From NCBI GenBank assembly GCA_029978585.1, contig JAPOJD010000001.1, positions 1 to 56,489 of the forward strand: DNA of 56,489 nt, in the 5' to 3' direction. Shown piece after piece: positions 52,550 to 56,489 of the stretch. A program made the position numbers and the translations under genes. Below the pieces are notes generated by a model. That model did no database searches and was not told the origin of the DNA. It saw nothing but the letters and a program-made list of their open reading frames with translations. This stretch comes from Actinomycetota bacterium (GTDB lineage Bacteria > Actinomycetota > Actinomycetes > S36-B12). Numbering within the stretch: position 1 is the stretch's first letter; each line of letters starts with the position of its first letter.

Positions 52550-53649
52550 GCGGTCCGGACCACGAAGCCCGCCGGGCCAGGGCATGGGCCGATGTCCTTG
52601 CCCGCGATCCCGGGGTGGACGCCTTCCTCGTCACCGGTCAGGCCAACGTCCGCTACCTGTGTGGCTTCACGGGAAGCAACGGGGCCCTGCTGCTGTCCTC
52701 GTCAGAGCCCGTGCTGGGGACGGACGGGCGCTACCTGCTCCAGGCAGGGCAGGAGTGCCCCGGCGTGGAACTCCTCATCGACCGGCAGACGGTCCGGGCG
52801 CTCGTCGGGCGCTGGCATGCGGGCCGCAGCGGCGGTCCGGGGCAACGGCTCGCGGTCGAGTCCCAGCACCTATCGGTCGAGGACTACCTGGCCATGGCCG
52901 CTGCCGTTGAGGGCGCGGAGTCCCTCGTGCCCGTGTCGGGGATCGTGGAGGGGCTTCGCGCGGTCAAGGACGCCGGGGAGATGAGCCTGATCCGGACCGC
53001 CTGCGAGATCAGCGATGCCGCGCTCGCCGCGGTGCTCCCGTCGGTGCGCACCGGCCAGACCGAGCGCGATGTCGCGCGAAGGCTCGAGGCCACGATGCTG
53101 GCCATGGGAGCAGACGGCGTCAGCTTCGCGACCATAGTCGGATCCGGACCGAACTCCGCCATTCCCCACCATGCGCCATCTCTGCGGCCCCTGGCCGTCG
53201 GCGACCTGCTGGTCATCGACTTCGGTGCGGAGGTGGGGGGGTACCACGCCGACGAGACGCGCACGTTCGTCCTGGGGGAGGCCACGTCCTGGCAGGCCGA
53301 TCTGTACGGCCTGGTGCTCTCTGCCCAGGAGTCCGCCCGCGCCGCGGCGGTGGCGGGTGCGTCCCTTGTCGACGTCGATCGGGCGGCTCGAGGCGCCATC
53401 ACCGCAGCGGGCTACGGCGATGCCTTCGACCATGGGCTGGGGCACGGCGTGGGCCTGGAGATCCACGAGGCGCCGTTCCTGGGCCCGCGCGCCGTGGGTA
53501 TGCTCCCGGACGACTCCGCGGTCACCGTGGAGCCCGGTGTCTACCTCCCCGGACGGGGAGGCGTACGCATCGAGGACACGGTGGCCATCAGTGACGGCCC
53601 CAGTGTCCCGATCACCGCGACGGACCGCGGCCTGACGGTGCTGGGCTGA
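52546..53649 (+). CDS. pepQ: Xaa-Pro peptidase (M24)
   Basis: [33 protein letters not shown]. Confidence 0.9.
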   Translation: MSGPDHEARRARAWADVLARDPGVDAFLVTGQANVRYLCGFTGSNGALLLSSSEPVLGTDGRYLLQAGQECPGVELLIDRQTVRALVGRWHAGRSGGPGQRLAVESQHLSVEDYLAMAAAVEGAESLVPVSGIVEGLRAVKDAGEMSLIRTACEISDAALAAVLPSVRTGQTERDVARRLEATMLAMGADGVSFATIVGSGPNSAIPHHAPSLRPLAVGDLLVIDFGAEVGGYHADETRTFVLGEATSWQADLYGLVLSAQESARAAAVAGASLVDVDRAARGAITAAGYGDAFDHGLGHGVGLEIHEAPFLGPRAVGMLPDDSAVTVEPGVYLPGRGGVRIEDTVAISDGPSVPITATDRGLTVLG

Positions 53650-53665
53650 GAGGCAAGGGACCAAC

Positions 53666-54226
53666 GTGGCAACGACGAACGACCTCAAGAACGGCCTCGT
53701 GCTCAATATCGACGGCCAACTGTGGACCGTGGTCGAGTTCCAGCATGTCAAGCCCGGCAAGGGCGGGGCGTTCGTGCGGACCAAGTTGAAGAATGTCCTC
53801 TCGGGCAAGGTCGTGGACAAGACGTTCAATGCCGGAGTCAAGGTGGAGACCGCCAATGTCGACAAGCGCGACATGCAGTACCTCTACCGGGACGGTGACG
53901 ACTGGGTCTTCATGGACACGTCTTCATACGACCAGATTCCGATCTCCACGACGGTCGTCGGGGACAACTCCCAGTGGCTGATGGAGGGCCAAGCCGCCGT
54001 CGTCGCCCTGCACGAGGGCGCCGCGCTGTACGTCGAGCTGCCCGCATCGGTCGAGCTCCTCATCACCTACACCGAGCCGGGCCTCCAGGGCGACCGGGCG
54101 ACCGGCGGCACGAAGCCGGCGACTCTCGAGACGGGAGCGGAGATCCAGGTGCCTCTCTTCATCGAGCCTGACACGCGGGTGAAGGTGGACACGCGGGACG
54201 GTTCCTACCTCGGTCGCGTCAACTGA
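53666..54226 (+). CDS. efp: Elongation factor P
   Basis: [30 protein letters not shown]. Confidence 0.97.
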   Translation: MATTNDLKNGLVLNIDGQLWTVVEFQHVKPGKGGAFVRTKLKNVLSGKVVDKTFNAGVKVETANVDKRDMQYLYRDGDDWVFMDTSSYDQIPISTTVVGDNSQWLMEGQAAVVALHEGAALYVELPASVELLITYTEPGLQGDRATGGTKPATLETGAEIQVPLFIEPDTRVKVDTRDGSYLGRVN

Positions 54227-54227
54227 C

Positions 54228-54656
54228 GTGACTGCCCGCCACCGGGCCCGCAAGAGGGCGCTTGATGTCCTGTTCGAGGCCGATCTGCGCCAGGTGCCGA
54301 TCGGTGAGGCGCTCGCAGAGACCGAGGCGCGGCGAGTGGAAGCGGGAGAGCCGCCCCTGAATCCGTACACGGTCGAGGTCGTCAGCGGCGTCGCCGGTCA
54401 CCAACAGCGAATCGACGAGATCCTGGCAACGTACTCGCTGGGATGGACGATCGACCGGATGCCCGCGGTCGATCGCAACACCCTGCGCATCGGCGTATTC
54501 GAGCTCCTGTGGGGCGACATCCCTGACGCGGTAGCCATCGACGAGGCCGTCGAGCTCTCCCGTGAACTGTCGACCGACGAGTCGCCCGCCTTCGTCAATG
54601 GTCTCCTCGCGCGCGTGCGTGACGAGCGCGCAACGCTCATCGCAACGGGGGAGTAG
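54228..54656 (+). CDS. nusB: Transcription antitermination factor NusB
   Basis: RHRAR, VDRNTLR, IDEAVEL, FVNGLL. Confidence 0.95.
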   Translation: MTARHRARKRALDVLFEADLRQVPIGEALAETEARRVEAGEPPLNPYTVEVVSGVAGHQQRIDEILATYSLGWTIDRMPAVDRNTLRIGVFELLWGDIPDAVAIDEAVELSRELSTDESPAFVNGLLARVRDERATLIATGE

Positions 54657-54683
54657 CAGCGGGCGGGGGTCTCTCCCGCGAGG

Positions 54684-54757
54684 TGCCCCGGGTGGGATTC
54701 GAACCCACACTGGACGGTGTTTGAGACCGCTTCCTCTGCCGGTTGGGATACCGGGGC
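54684..54757 (-). tRNA. tRNA-Leu(CAA), short variable loop
   Basis: GCCCCGG/CCGGGGC acceptor, GCGGT-CTCAAAC-ACCGT, GTGGG-TTCGAAT-CCCAC, A discriminator. Confidence 0.88.
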
Positions 54758-54854
54758 GCACGCGACAGGGTAGTAGGGGGCAATGGGCTCCGGGATGCGC
54801 AGGCCGAGAGGCGGTGGCGCGGGCGCGGACGTGACCGACCCCTAGGCTCGGGCC

Positions 54855-55466
54855 ATGGAGGAGCGCCTGCGCGTCGTGGTCGCGGAAGACGAGGCCGTCA
54901 TTCGCATGGACCTCGTCGAGATGCTGGGCGACAGTGGGTTCGACGTCGTCGGGCAAGCGCCCCAGGGGCTGGAGGCCGTGAGCCTCGTGGCGTCCCTGCG
55001 CCCCGACTGCCTCCTGGTCGACGTCGCCATGCCGGGCCTCGACGGGATCGAGGTCACCCGGCGCACTTCCGCGCAGACGGCCGTGGTCGTCGTCACTGCC
55101 TTCGGCCAGCGCGAGCGGGTGGAGCAGGCGCGCGATGCGGGCGCCATGGCCTATCTGGTGAAGCCCGTCGGCCCGTCGGACCTCATGCCGACCGTGGAGA
55201 TGGCGGTAGGGGGATGGCGAACGCTCCGGGACCTTCACGAGCGCGCACGCCAGGCCGAGGGCGCCGCCGATGCAGCGACGCGGGCTGCAAGCGACACCGA
55301 GCGCCGACTCGCCGACCGCCGCGACGTCGAGCGGGCGAAGGGGATCCTGCAGCGCCGGGAGGATCTGGGGGAGGAAGCCGCCTACCGTTGGCTCCGGGAG
55401 ACGGCCATGGACCGGCGCATGCCCCTGGGTGACCTGGCGCGGGCGGTGATCTCCGGGACCGCCTGA
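54855..55466 (+). CDS. pdtaR: ANTAR-domain response regulator (PdtaR-like)
   Basis: Receiver AEDE, D..MP, TAF, YLVKP; ANTAR VERAKGILQ..EEAAYRWLR..AMDRR. Confidence 0.85.
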   Translation: MEERLRVVVAEDEAVIRMDLVEMLGDSGFDVVGQAPQGLEAVSLVASLRPDCLLVDVAMPGLDGIEVTRRTSAQTAVVVVTAFGQRERVEQARDAGAMAYLVKPVGPSDLMPTVEMAVGGWRTLRDLHERARQAEGAADAATRAASDTERRLADRRDVERAKGILQRREDLGEEAAYRWLRETAMDRRMPLGDLARAVISGTA

Positions 55467-55478
55467 GCCGACCCTAGG

Positions 55479-55517
55479 ATCACGAAACGATAACGGTGCA
55501 GGTCACGGAATCACAAC
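55479..55517 (+). promoter_or_regulatory. Putative GlnR-type box (four phased xxxAC half-sites)
   Basis: ATCAC-n6-ATAAC-n7-GTCAC-n6-ACAAC upstream of TAGGTT (55568-55573). Confidence 0.4.
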
Positions 55518-55638
55518 CATCCGGACTCGTCCCGCTACCGGCGTTCGCTCGCATCCTGCGGGCAGGGTAGGTTTCAGGCACCAGCACATCACCTAGCGGC
55601 CGCGGATTCCCGCGGTCCGCACCCTAAGGAGAACCTTC

Positions 55639-56489
55639 ATGATCCGACGCAGCCCGATTGCGGGAGCGGTCGTGGTCCTCGGCGCCGCGAGCCTCGTGCT
55701 CGCCGCGTGCGGTGGCGGCTCCACCTCGAGCACCAGCTCGAGCGCCGCCGCCACGTCCGAGGCCCCCGCGACCTCCGAGGCCCCGGCCACGTCCGCGGCC
55801 CCGTCCGAGGAGGCTTCCAGCGAGCCCGCCTCCGACTGCAAGAACCCCACGCTGAAGCTCGGCACGCTGCTGCCGGCGACAGGCCAGCTCGCCTACCTCG
55901 GCCCGCCCGAGTTCGCGGGCGTCAAGCTCGCCCTCAAGGAGGTCAACGACGCCGGCGGCGTGCTGGGCGCTCCGGTGACCGAGGAGTACGGCGACTCGGG
56001 CGACACGACGACCGACATCGCCTCGCAGACCGTGGACTCGCACCTGTCCAAGGGCGTGCAGGCCATCATCGGCGCTGCCTCGTCCGGCGTGACCCTGAGC
56101 GTCATCGACAAGGTCACCCAGAACGGCGTGTTCATGATTTCCCCGGCCAACACCGCGCCGGCGCTCACGACGTACCCGGATAACGGCCTGTACTTCCGCA
56201 CCGCGCCGTCCGACGCGCTCCAGGGCGCGATCCAGGCGACGCTGGCGGCGGACGCCGGCTTCACCAAGGGTGCGACGATCGCCCGCGACGATGCCTACGG
56301 CATCGGCCTGCAGCAGGCCTTCGAGACCGACTTCACCGGCGCCGGTGGCGAGATCCTCTCGAGCATCAAGTACGCGCCCGAGGCCACGTCGTTCGAGGCC
56401 GAGGTCGCCGAGCTCAAGGCCGCGAAGCCGGAGTTCGTCCAGGTGGTCGGCTTCGAGGAGAGCACCAAGCTGCTCCAGGAGATGATCAA
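55639..56489 (+). CDS. Branched-chain amino acid-type ABC substrate-binding lipoprotein (LivK-like), truncated at the window end
   Basis: AAGGAG RBS; MIRRSP..LAAC lipobox; LLPATG.LA.LG, VNDAGGVLG, IGAASS, FRTAPSD, DAYG. Absent from the ORF track because there is no stop in the window. Confidence 0.85.
   Translation, partial: MIRRSPIAGAVVVLGAASLVLAACGGGSTSSTSSSAAATSEAPATSEAPATSAAPSEEASSEPASDCKNPTLKLGTLLPATGQLAYLGPPEFAGVKLALKEVNDAGGVLGAPVTEEYGDSGDTTTDIASQTVDSHLSKGVQAIIGAASSGVTLSVIDKVTQNGVFMISPANTAPALTTYPDNGLYFRTAPSDALQGAIQATLAADAGFTKGATIARDDAYGIGLQQAFETDFTGAGGEILSSIKYAPEATSFEAEVAELKAAKPEFVQVVGFEESTKLLQEMI

Noticed and set aside
55467..55638. ANTAR target dual-hairpin motif next to pdtaR
   Set aside because: Two adjacent hexaloop hairpins with G at loop positions 1 and 4 could not be identified

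Overview
High-GC actinobacterial chromosome segment. Most of it (about 9-56 kb) is conserved actinomycete backbone: tRNA Gly-Cys-Val cluster, pabB/pabC-like pair, tRNA-Val, thrS, HIT, EF-G2, pgsA-patA-pimA, pdxST, yebC, ruvCAB, yajC-secDF, rel, DUF349, cyclophilin, MBL hydrolase, hisS, aspS, rarA, alaS, ruvX, mltG, aroE-aroC-aroK-aroB-aroQ, pepQ, efp, nusB, tRNA-Leu(CAA), an ANTAR regulator and the start of an amino-acid ABC binding protein. Several accessory genes are inserted: an ARD-like cupin, a DUF3048 lipoprotein, WS/DGAT, a GNAT and membrane proteins. The most unusual part is the first 8.2 kb. It is a tightly coupled operon with a polyamine-type ABC transporter, a YtcJ/NfdA-like amidohydrolase and a divergent urease (gamma-beta fusion plus alpha). 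The urease keeps all six metal ligands but has a remodelled substrate loop, and no ureD/E/F/G genes lie in the window. It is a candidate catabolic pathway for a non-urea nitrogen compound. No integrase, transposase, CRISPR array or rRNA was seen. All calls come from motif recognition by eye, without database searches. Many start codons were moved from the ORF track using RBS and overlap evidence.
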